DNA of 64,000 nucleotides, from assembly GCA_951406725.2 (NCBI GenBank), contig OX597824.1, forward strand, positions 60,078,001-60,142,000. The letters run 5' to 3'. Positions 53,131-64,000 of this stretch are shown piece after piece. The notes under the pieces were generated by a model, which saw only the letters and a list, made by a program, of their open reading frames with translations, was not told where the DNA came from and made no database searches. How positions within the stretch are numbered: position 1 is the stretch's first letter; each line of letters begins with the position of its first letter. Both the position numbers and the translations under genes were made by a program. Source of the DNA: Octopus vulgaris (lineage: Eukaryota).

Positions 53131-53492
53131 GTAAACACCGGTTTTCAATGAAGGAGACCTTTGCAAATAATATTTAACGTTTTTCCCAGCAACCACAGTC
53201 ACTGATTTAGAAAAACTGTCTGAAAGCATTAATAAATCTCCGAACGAGATATAAACAGTAACCGCTCGACAACGTAAAGTGTACTAGCCATCTGAATGTG
53301 GCTAGCCACTGGGGGTGGGGTGTTACTGACGCTTTTAGCCCCAGGAGATCGACGTCTCCAGCTGGCCTTAGACACAATTTCAGTGCCCTTGTGTTATTTG
53401 CAAAGGGAGGTCATCCTCCCTATAGTTTCAAGGTTTTTGCCAACGTTAAATATTATTTGCAAAGGTCTCCTTCATTGAAAACTGGTGTTTAC

Positions 53493-53537
53493 CATGCGTT
53501 GACGAGAGGCAAAAACCTTGAAACTATAGTCCGTATG
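53493..53537 (+). ncRNA. Minimal type I hammerhead ribozyme motif (U3 variant) in 354-bp repeat unit
   Basis: CATGCG-TTGACGA-GAGG caaaaa CCTT-GAAA-C TATA GTC-CGTATG. Stem I CATGCG/CGTATG, core YTGANGA, stem II, GAAA, palindromic stem III ACTATAGT, GTC cleavage triplet. Confidence 0.75.
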
Positions 53538-54069
53538 TATCACTTAGGTTTTCGAGGGAGGATGACCTCCCTTTGCAAATAACACAAGGGCACTGAAATT
53601 GTGTCTAAGGCCAGCTGGAGACGTCGATCTCCTGGGGATAAAAGCGTCAGTAACACCCCACCCCCAGTGGCTAGCCACATTCAGATGGCTAGTACTTTAT
53701 GTTGTTGAGCGGTTACTGTTTATATCTCGTTCGGAGATTTATTAATGCTTATATATATATATATATATAGGGAAAGTTTACGTAAAAAAACAAAAGGCGA
53801 AGACAGGTGGTGTACAAAACAAACAGATGTATTAGTATAACGCTCAGGAATAGAAAAAGTCTTTTACGTTTCGAGCCTACGCTCTTCTACAGAAAGGTAC
53901 ACAGAAAAAACAAGGAGAGAAAAAATGTGTGTAGTGGCTAACGCTCTATCATGGCGTCTGACACACACACATATATATATTAGGTATCATAAGAATTTAT
54001 AAACTTTCAAGAGTGTGTGTGATAATTCATTTTTGGAATTGGGTCTCAAAGTCCATACAAAGCTTGACA

Positions 54070-55515
54070 TAACTATCGCCCCGTCAGTCTTACAAGCTGC
54101 ATTGCCAAACTGATGGAATCCTGTTTCAGAGAAACCCTCTGGAACTTCTGGAAGTCTCACAGCCTCATCCAGCTGTCACAATTCAGATTTATTCCTAACT
54201 CCAGCTGCTGTAATCAACTCATCGAGTTTCTTGAGGACGTTACCCAAATCACTGATCGCGGATCCTAGGTGGATGTTGTTTACCTGGACTTTGCTAAGGC
54301 TTTTAACTCTGTGCCACACAAAAGACTTATGGTGAAGCTTTCTGTGTTGGGTGTAAGAGATGAACTCTATAACTGGTTGAAGTCTTTTATTTTCGGCCGA
54401 AAAGAGGTTGTCACAGTTCTAGGACAGCACTCTTCGCCCTATGAGATGGCATCTGGTGTACCACAGGGATCTGTTCTTGGCCCCCTTTTATCTGTTGCAT
54501 ATGTTAATGACATTGATGCCAACTTAAAGAATGCCACAGTGCTGAAATATGCAGATGACATCAAGCTGTACCTTGAAATAAAGAGGTCAAATCCTGTACA
54601 CTATAGATCCCTATTGCAAGCAGACCTGGACACAATGCAGCAGTGGATCATGGACTGGCAACTAAAGCTGGCTGTGGGCAAATGTACCACCATGCATTTT
54701 GGGAGGAGAAACCCAGCGTCCACCTACTCCCTCCACAATACTAGTCTCAAAAAGTCTTCGTGTGAACATGACCTGGGTGTTATTGTCGACAGTGATTTGC
54801 GTTGGACAAAACACATCGCTAAAATTGTCAAGAAGGCTGAGGGTGTCTTGGCATCACTCACCAAATCCTTTGTGAGCCGCTCTCCGGCTATCTATCTGCG
54901 GCTTTATATAGCTATGGTAAAACCTCACCTGGTATTTGTATCACCGGTATGGAACCCCTATCTTGCCCAGGATATCAATCGTCTGGAAGCCATTCAGTGA
55001 CGTGCAACCAAAAGAATACCCTCCATCAGGCATTTGCCATATCCTGAACGCCTTACTTCCCTGGGCATGGACACATTGAAACTCCGACGTCTGGCAGCTG
55101 ACTTGGCAGACACCCATAAAATTATTAACCATCTTACAAACAATAACTCTGAGCACCTTTTCAAACTCCACCCATCTAACACCTGTGGACATATTTACAA
55201 AGTCAGAAAACAGCACAGCTCCCATGACTTCAGGAAACATTTTTTCACGCTGAGAGTTGCTGAAGCCTGGAACAAACTGCCGGCATCAGTTGTTAGTTGT
55301 CGGAGCACTGCATCCTTCAAAACTTCCATGCTTTCTGAGATTCGCCAACACTACACCTGATTTTCTCCCCTCCATACACACACAAGCATGTATCTGACTC
55401 ATACATTGTTCGCTTTCCAGACATTTTTACAATACTGCATGTACTTTATATGCACTTTCTGACAAGTTGTGGTGCACCTGAGCACTGTATACAAAAATTT
55501 CATCATTATTATTAT
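54070..55515 (+). mobile_element. 5'-truncated CR1/L2-group LINE (reverse transcriptase pseudo-ORF plus 3' UTR)
   Basis: NYRPVSLTSCIAKLME, VDVVYLDFAKAF, SGVPQGSVLGP, YADD, SPVWNPY, R..FFTLRVAEAWNKLP. Premature stops at 54266 and 54998; ends in an (ATT)n tail. Confidence 0.92.
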
Positions 55516-57109
55516 TTAATATATGAATACTCATTTGGATAGAAACACACACACACACAAAATCAACATCCATCTTTTATTCGTAGAGTATCCTACTCAT
55601 GTTGATCACCCCCACCCCAGTTCACTAGTCACTACATTCACACCTCTTAAACACATCTGACCTCCTCCACCTCATGTTTATATCTGCTTCACTCTCTTCT
55701 AATGCTCTTTTAACCTTGCACACCCGCTGCCCTTGACTGTTCTGTTCCACATCTTTTGGACATGTTAGAATAAGTGCATGTTCTGGCACCTCATCATCAC
55801 TCTATTTACCACTTGTTGAGCTCTGCTCCAGCCATCCCCATGCACCCTTGTAAAATATTAGGTAGCCGTGAATTTCCACTACAAACAGTAAACATGTCCC
55901 CCTCTGCCTCCCCATCATATTTAAGCCTATCATCACCTTGCTAAAAGAGACCATCCTATCTCCTATCCTTTCCCTCAGTCAATAGGTTCTTCAGTCTTGC
56001 AAGTTACTTGGTGACCACACTAATATAGATGTCATGACAAAAGCACACTGTATAAAGTGGTTAGCATTAGGAAACACATCCAACCACAGAAATCATGCCA
56101 AAATAGTAGCAACATTAGAGCAAGATATGATCCTCTGATCTTTTGCATCCTGTCAAAATATCCACCTAATGCAGGCATGGAAACTGGACATAAAATGATG
56201 CTGACACATATACACTTGTGTATATGTGTGTACATATGTGCACATGTGTATGTGTATATCTGTGCTTCACCAAAATATCAGTGAGTAAGAAGTAATGATG
56301 TTGCTGTAGTTTACCTTGTCAACACATGATTTACTAGCTTTGCACCTTCAAATACAGAATGAGATATCCCTTCCTTGTAGAACAGGTAAAGGTTAGTGAT
56401 AGGAAGGGTATCCAGTTGTACAGGAATACTTAAGTAATATGCTCATCTAACCCATGCTAGCATAGAAAATCACTGTCATCATTTCATGCTTACATGGGTC
56501 AGATGGAGGGAGATTTTCTACAACAGAATGCCCTTCCTGTCTATTCTTATCCATATCTATTTTCAAGTAAAGTAATATTTCCCTATGGCCAGATATATGC
56601 TTCATGGAAACAAACAACATTGCTTGTATGACAATGGGTTGTGTGTGTGAGTATCCATGTCAAGACATGAGTGTACACATACAAACACACACACACATAC
56701 TGATTTCAAATTTTGACACAAAGCCAGCAATTTTAGGGGAGGGGTAAGTTGATTACATCAACTCCAGTGTTAAACTGGTACTTATTTTATTGACCCATAA
56801 AGGATGAAAGGCAAAATCAACCTCAGTGGAATCTGAACTCAGAATGTAAAGACAGACAAAATACTGCTAAGTATTTTGTTTGGCATGCTAATGATTCTAC
56901 CAGCTTGCTACTTTACACACACATATGTATATTAACTCCCAAGAATATAGTCAGCTTGGGGTTATAGTAGAAGGCACTTGCCCAAGATGTGCAGTGGGAC
57001 TGAACCTGAAAGCAAGCTTCTTAATCCCACAACCACGCCTAAACCAAGCCATGTTTGCACCTAATCACAATAAATGAACAAAAGATCAAAAAGAAAGAAA
57101 CAAAGGTAC

Positions 57110-57225
57110 CTAAATCACTGCCTTGATTTACTGCTTCCAGTAATTTGTCAGAAAGACAAGTAACATCAGCAAAACCAAGGTTCACTCCTTGACCAGCCAA
57201 TGGATGGATTCGATGGGCAGCATCC
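57110..57225 (-). CDS. COQ6: Ubiquinone biosynthesis monooxygenase COQ6, internal exon (GD FAD-binding motif)
   Basis: ttttttacag| (G)[38 protein letters not shown](G) |[22 protein letters not shown] is the UbiH/COQ6 signature. Confidence 0.95.
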
Positions 57226-57610
57226 CTGTAAAAAACCAATAAAATATGTTACTGTTACACTTCAATGTCAGATACATTCATTGATCTTTTTATCATGGGT
57301 ATAAGTGTGGTAGTGTGATTAAGAAGTTCACTACAAAGCCATGGAATTCTGAGTTCAGTCCCACTGAGTGGTACCTGAGATGAAATTAGTTCAGACAAAC
57401 TATGTAGAAGTTTGCGTGCGTAAATGTGTGCATAGAGCAACCAATGTAGTGAACACTATCAATCTAGTGAATGTCTAGAAACCAGTCTAATGAACACTTA
57501 TAAACCCAGTCCAATGAACACCCAGTCTAGTGGAAAGCTAACAACCAGTTTAGCAAATGTCCAGCAATCAGTCAAGCAAATAGTCGAGTAGATGTATGAA
57601 TGCATGTATT

Positions 57611-57655
<45 letters not shown>

Positions 57656-57661
<6 letters not shown>

Positions 57662-58177
57662 CATCCTCGAGTATAATCTGCATTTTTTTCCCCAAATTTA
57701 AAGTTCAAAATCCCTAGTGCATACTATATACGAGGTTAAAAATTAAAAATATTTTCTAAGTAATGTCCGAGTCTCTATTTGCTGTCTGGCAATGTTTATT
57801 CAGACGCATTTTGTGATGTCAGGCGTGAAAATACTTTAAGCTAAGCCTGAAAGCAATGAAGTCATAAAAGAATCATCCATAACTTGCAGTAAGCAACATT
57901 TATTATAATAAAAATATTCAGAACACAGAGTAACATGTAACAAAAACAATTTGCAAACATATTTACATTCCCATATAACAGTTAAGAACATCACCATTAA
58001 TGTATTATGCATGCGCGGAAGTGTTTGTTCGACTAGGTGCTGCTGGCTTAATTACGCATGACTCAAGTTAGAGAAGGGATGCGTATTATACACAAGGCTT
58101 AGCTTTTTAGCGGTACAGTTCCCTAAAAATCCCTTGCATATTTTACTCAAGGGCGGATTATACTCGAGGATTTACGG
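57656..58177. mobile_element. Tc1/pogo-type MITE
   Basis: TIR atcctcgagtataatctgc (57663-57681) / gcggattatactcgaggat (58153-58171), ending ttacgg; adjacent to (TA)n. Confidence 0.7.
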
Positions 58178-58716
58178 CATATATTTTAAGAAAAAGGTGG
58201 CCAACTCTTCAGAAAGTCTCCATGAATGGACGAAAGTACTAATAAACAATTATCCAAAATTCTGACTGCCTCCTTTTTCTTAATATACAATATCTGTACA
58301 TCACTTCAAAAACACACACACACACACACACTCACTCCGTCCGTCTGTCATTGTCTGAGGTGGTAGTACTGGGGACCCTGGTTTCCTCCTCTGTGTTGCT
58401 GGTCCCGGATTGGTCACCATCTCTAGCTGTGATGATTGTACTGCTGGTAACATATGGTGTGGGGCCAGTCACTCTACTGATGTTGATAATAATAGTTTGT
58501 CCATCATCTGGGGTCGTCAGTTACCACCTTGCATCAGCCTCCTATTGGACAGTTATTGCTTACTCTGCAAGAGCAACCTGCCTACTCCTTGTTTTGTGGG
58601 TGCTTGTTAAAATGCTTTTTATGTTAAGTGCACAACTAAAGGAGACACTTAGATTGTTCCTGTTAAATAGATGCTTGTATCTATGTGTGTGTGTGTGAAA
58701 TAAATAAATATATAAG

Positions 58717-58755
<39 letters not shown>

Positions 58756-59704
58756 TCATATATATATATATATTTATTCATATGTCCAACCCATGCTAGC
58801 ATGGAAAACGGACGCTAAACGATGATGAAGATGATGATGATGATATAAATATATTTATTTATTTATATATATATATTTTTATTTATTTATATATATATAT
58901 ATTTATTTATTTATTTCACACACACACACACACTCATAGATACAAGCATCTATTTAACAGGCACAACCTAAGTGTCTCCTTTAGTTGTGCACTTAACACA
59001 CACACACACACACACACATCATCATAATTGTTTAATGTCTGCATTCTATGCTGGCATGGGTGGGACAGTTTGACAAGAGCCGGCCAAGTAGAAGCCTGCA
59101 TCAGACTTCTTTTGGCAGGATTTTTACAGCTGGATGCCCTTCCAAACACCAACCACTTTAGAGTATGGACTGGGTGCTTTTAAGTGGCACCTGCACTGAC
59201 AGGGTCACCAAGTACTTGCAAGACAAAGAAAAAAAAATCTCTTTTGAGAGGGAGGGGGCATTGGAGGAGGTGATATTGTGTCGGAAAGGTTATAGTGAGA
59301 CAGAGAGATAGAAACAGGTGTCTTGCTGTAGAGGAGATACAAGGTTGCCTGGGTGGGGGGAGGGGAAGAGAGAGAGAGAGACAGATCAGAAATGAAGTCA
59401 GAAACAAGTGCATTGCTGCAGATGAAAGATGTTGTTACTCATCCTGAGGGAAGTGCAGGAGAAGAAGAGAGAGGGTAGGAGACAGCAAGATAGAGATGGT
59501 GGCAAAGTGCTGAGCATACTCACAAGGGACAGGGATCAGAATATAAATAGGATGGTTGAGTAAAGGAAGAGAGAGATATAGATGGTGACAAGTGCCTTGA
59601 GGTTCGAATGCCGTAATATAAGTGGTAGGATATCGTGAAAGAAGCAAGGTTAAAGTGTGTGGAAGTGGGGAGTGAGTGGCAAAAGCCTGGGTGTGTATAT
59701 ATAT

Positions 59705-60970
59705 ATAACCTCCAAACCTTCTAATATATTTATTTGGATGTACAAGACATCAGAATGGATGGTTTAATATCAGATCCATAAAGAGAGGATACCAAAAATA
59801 CAGAAAACATTGAAAAGAATGGAACAGAATCAGACCCAAAACAGGCTTATACCAAACACACAGAAGACCTAACACAAATCTGTGAAATAAATAAGACAGA
59901 ATCACATCTTCAACATGGGAGATCTATTCACAGAAACCTGTAGTAAGTTGAATTTACTTCTTTCAAAAATTGATACAATCTTTGCAAACATTGCTTTAAC
60001 AATAAATATGATCCAAACACAAAATATTCTCTCTAAAAATAATCAAGCAAACACAACTGACAACACAAATCTTTTGACGGGACCACCCCAATCACAAAGG
60101 ACAACAAATAACGAAACAAAAACTGACACAAACCAAGAAAAACCTTCAAAACCTCCAAGACTGGAACAAACTTCTAAACCAACGTAAACATGCTTATTGG
60201 AAAAGCATATGCTGTAAGAACATAGCTAACATATACCAAAACTGGTGGGACATGAAGAACCCAATACTCCCTAGAAAATTCCTTATCAAAGAAATAAGAG
60301 GTGAAACACTAGAAGAAACAACAATACATGCAAACCTAGCCCTTTGCCGACTAGAAACGGAAATTTCCCTTCTACAAACACAAAGTTTACACCAGGAAGA
60401 TAAGATTAAAACAATTGATCGTCATAATGGCCGAAATAACAGAAAGGAACAATAACCAAAACAAAGAAAAACTACAACAATTATGGAAAGAGGATACCAA
60501 ATGAGAGGAGGAAAGATCCAGAATTATGTGGACCAAACAACAGGAGTAGTTTTTAAACTACGAAAAGAACTATGGGGAAAAATCAATTATGAAGACAAAA
60601 AAACTACCAAAACAAATGAAAAGATACAACAAACCAACATCACGAACATATTGGACTCCCAGACATCCAAATAAGCCCTACCAAATACAAACCAAAAACC
60701 CGCTCCTTACACTGCCGAATCTCCCAATAAACAGACACACAAAATATGAAAGACGACCATCAACCCAAAACCCTACAAAGACAAACACACAAGCAGCAAG
60801 ACGAGCATGATACATACAACCAACAACCTATAACACCTACTACTAAAAGGCCTCAAATTTACACCCACACCCACTCCAAATCTCATAGAACTAAAAACTG
60901 ATATAGACAACTTCAGCCGCCACCTCCGCCTTATGGAATTCTTTGAAAATAAAGAAACAGTAGATAACTC
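59705..60970 (+). mobile_element. Degenerate 5' part of a Penelope-like element
   Basis: A/C-rich broken ORFs. 60834-60960 encodes HLLLKGLKFTPTPTPNLIELKTDIDNFSRHLRLMEFFE, resembling the KGLxFxPTP...D...F.R.LRL..FF N-terminal motif of Penelope-like ORFs. Starts after a (TA)n tract. Confidence 0.7.
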
Positions 60971-61236
60971 GGCGAAGTTTCGCATGTCGTAGCACAGATT
61001 TCCGTCGATTTCCGTAAAAAACTTTTATTTTTTTACATAAGTAATGAGAGCGAAAGAGACTAAGAGGAAGCGATTTTATGACGAGAAGGTTTCTCTTTGA
61101 AATCGGCCTGTGTGTGTTTGATGGGGTGTGGGAGACAGACAGTATGTTGTGTAAGTGAAGTGCTTCTGTTAGTGTGTGCGAAGAGACAGAGAGAGTAATG
61201 TGTGAAAGAGAGAGATAACTGATATTTTACTCGGTG

Positions 61237-61336
61237 NNNNNNNNNNNNNNNNNNNNNNNNNNNNNNNNNNNNNNNNNNNNNNNNNNNNNNNNNNNNNNNN
61301 NNNNNNNNNNNNNNNNNNNNNNNNNNNNNNNNNNNN
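61237..61336. other. Assembly gap (100 N)
   Basis: Run of exactly 100 N. Confidence 1.
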
Positions 61337-64000
61337 TGTTAGAACTTGAAGGAATGGAACTAAACACTGAAATGCATTTTGTTTGATACTCTACTGATTC
61401 TATCAAACTAATCATCCAACTGGAATAAATATTTAATTAATTAGTAAATCTGGCTGTGTGGTTGAGAAGTTTGCATCACAACCATGTGGTTTTATATTCA
61501 GTCCCACTGTGTGGCACTTTGATCAAGTGTCTGCTACTAAAGCTTCAAGTTAGCAACAGCTTTTTGAGAGTGGATTTTGTAGACAAACTGAAGGACATCT
61601 GCCATAAGCATATATACATACATATACATGCATGCATCCATACATACACACACACACACACATTCAGATGGTGCTCTTAGCGCTCCACTACCATGGATGC
61701 CAGTCATGCGGTGCTGTCATCGAATTTGATATATATATATATATATATATATAAATATAACGTAAAGTGTACTAGCCATCTGAATGTGGCTAGCCACTGG
61801 GGGTGGGGTGTTACTGACGCTTTTAGCCCCAAGAGATAGACGTCTCCAGCTGGCCTTAGAAAACAATTTCAGTGCCCTTGTGTTATTTGCAAAGGAGGTC
61901 ATCCTCCCTCGAAAACCTAAGTGATACATACGGACTATAGTTTCAAGGTTTTTGCCTCTCGTCAACGCATGGTAAACACCGGTTTACGATGAAGGAGACC
62001 TTTGCAAATAATATTTAACGTTTTTCCCAGCAACCACAGTCACTGATTTAGAAAAACTGTCTGAAAGCATTAATAAATCTCCGAACGAGATATAAACAGT
62101 AACCGCTCGACAACGTAAAGTGTACTAGCCATCTGAATGTGGCTAGCCACTGGGGGTGGGGTGTTACTGACGCTTTTAGCCCCAGGAGATCGACGTCTCC
62201 AGCTGGCCTTAGACACAATTTCAGTGCCCTTGTGTTATTTGCAAAGGGAGGTCATCCTCCCTCGAAAACCTAAGTGATACATGCGGACTATAGTTTCAAG
62301 GTTTTTGCCAACGTTAAATATTATTTGCAAAGGTCTCCTTCATTGAAAACCGGTGTTTACCATGCGTTGACGAGAGGCAAAAACCTTGAAACTATAGTCC
62401 GTATGTATCACTTAGGTTTTCGAGGGAGGATGACCTCCCTTTGCAAATAACACAAGGGCACTGAAATTGTGTCTAAGGCCAGCTGGAGACGTCGATCTCC
62501 TGGGGATAAAAGCGTCAGTAACACCCCACCCCCAGTGGCTAGCCACATTCAGATGGCTAGTACACTTTATGTTGTTGAGCGGTTACTGTTTATATCTCGT
62601 TCGGAGATTTATTAATGCTTATATATATATATATATATAGGGAAAGTTTACGTAAAAAAACAAAAGGCGAAGACAGGTGGTGTACAAAACAAACAGATGT
62701 ATTAGTATAACGCTCAGGAATAGAAAAAGTCTTTTACGTTTCGAGCCTACGCTCTTCTACAGAAAGGTACACAGAAAAAACAAGGAGAGAAAAAATGTGT
62801 GTAGTGGCTAACGCTCTATCATGGCGTCTGACACACACACATATATATATTAGGTATCATAAGAATTTATAAACTTTCAAGAGTGTGTGTGATAATTCAT
62901 TTTTGGAATTGGGTCTCAAAGTCCATACAAAGCTTGACATAACTATCGCCCCGTCAGTCTTACAAGCTGCATTGCCAAACTGATGGAATCCTGTTTCAGA
63001 GAAACCCTCTGGAACTTCTGGAAGTCTCACAGCCTCATCCAGCCGTCACAATTCAGATTTATTCCTAACTCCAGCTGCTGTAATCAACTCATCGAGTTTC
63101 TTGAGGACGTTACCCAAATCACTGATCGCGGATCCTAGGTGGATGTTGTTTACCTGGACTTTGCTAAGGCTTTTAACTCTGTGCCACACAAAAGACTTAT
63201 GGTGAAGCTTTCTGTGTTGGGTGTAAGAGACGAACTCTATAACTGGTTGAAGTCTTTTATTTTCGGCCGAAAAGAGGTTGTCACAGTTCTAGGACAGCAC
63301 TCTTCGCCCTATGAGATGGCATCTGGTGTACCACAGGGATCTGTTCTTGGCCCCCTTTTATCTGTTGCATATGTTAATGACATTGATGCCAACTTAAAGA
63401 ATGCCACAGTGCTGAAATATGCAGATGACATCAAGCTGTACCTCGAAATAAAGAGGTCAAATCCTGTACACTATAGATCCCTATTGCAAGCAGACCTGGA
63501 CACAATGCAGCAGTGGATCATGGACTGGCAACTAAAGCTGGCTGTGGGCAAATGTACCACCATGCATTTTGGGAGGAGAAACCCAGCGTCCACCTACTCC
63601 CTCCACAATACTAGTCTCAAAAAGTCTTCGTGTGAACATGACCTGGGTGTTATTGTCGACAGTGATTTGCGTTGGACAAAACACATCGCTAAAATTGTCA
63701 AGAAGGCTGAGGGTGTCTTGGCATCACTCACCAAATCCTTTGTGAGCCGCTCTCGGCTATCTATCTGCGGCTTTATATAGCTATGGTAAAACCTCACCTG
63801 GTATTTGTATCACCGGTATGGAACCCCTATCTTGCCCAGGATATCAATCGTCTGGAAGCCATTCAGTGACGTGCAACCAAAAGAATACCCTCCATCAGGC
63901 ATTTGCCATATCCTGAACGCCTTACTTCCCTGGGCATGGACACATTGAAACTCCGACGTCTGGCAGCTGACTTGGCAGACACCCATAAAATTATTAACCA
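61337..64000 (+). repeat. Near-identical duplicate of 52475-55131 immediately after a 100-N gap
   Basis: Both copies start tgttagaacttgaagg and are colinear through the SINE, hammerhead repeat and RT. Differences are a few SNPs, microsatellite lengths and small indels. Confidence 0.95.
62940..64000 (+). mobile_element. Duplicate copy of the CR1/L2-group LINE fragment
   Basis: Same RT sequence with an additional 1-bp deletion near 63754 that shifts the frame. Confidence 0.9.

Larger units (their letters stand above)
52917..53750. mobile_element. Penelope-like pLTR / retrozyme-like unit: 354-bp tandem copies followed by an inverted copy, between (TA)n tracts
   Basis: aacgtaaagtgtactagcc at 52917 and 53271 (period 354). 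53442-53750 is a reverse-complement copy. Contains hammerhead motifs; flanked by (TA)n. Confidence 0.75.

Noticed and set aside
54269-55360. 243-aa and 108-aa ORFs as a host gene
   Set aside because: These are LINE reverse transcriptase fragments with premature stops and 5' truncation.

Overview
AT-rich, microsatellite- and repeat-dense animal genomic DNA. The SINE/LINE content points to an octopod cephalopod (inference). Two intron-rich genes lie on the minus strand. One is an essentially complete KLHDC1/2-type kelch protein (CRL2 C-degron receptor): 10 phase-compatible coding exons at 30428->9334, plus an uncertain terminal exon. The other is the last three coding exons of COQ6 (ubiquinone monooxygenase, 57225->47476). 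The rest is transposon debris: tRNA-derived SINEs, RTE, R4/Dong-like, CRE-like and CR1/L2-like LINE fragments, mariner relics and MITEs, a non-autonomous Helitron, an LTR with a tRNA-Trp-like PBS, and Penelope-like pieces. The most notable signal is a 354-bp non-coding unit, arranged tandem-plus-inverted between (TA)n tracts in a COQ6 intron. It carries a minimal type I hammerhead-ribozyme fold with a palindromic stem III, like Penelope pLTRs or retrozymes. Several other unrelated (TA)n-embedded elements carry variant hammerhead-like cores. Sequence after the 100-N gap (61337-64000) near-identically repeats 52475-55131 and is probably an assembly/haplotype duplication. All calls were made by eye, without database searches.
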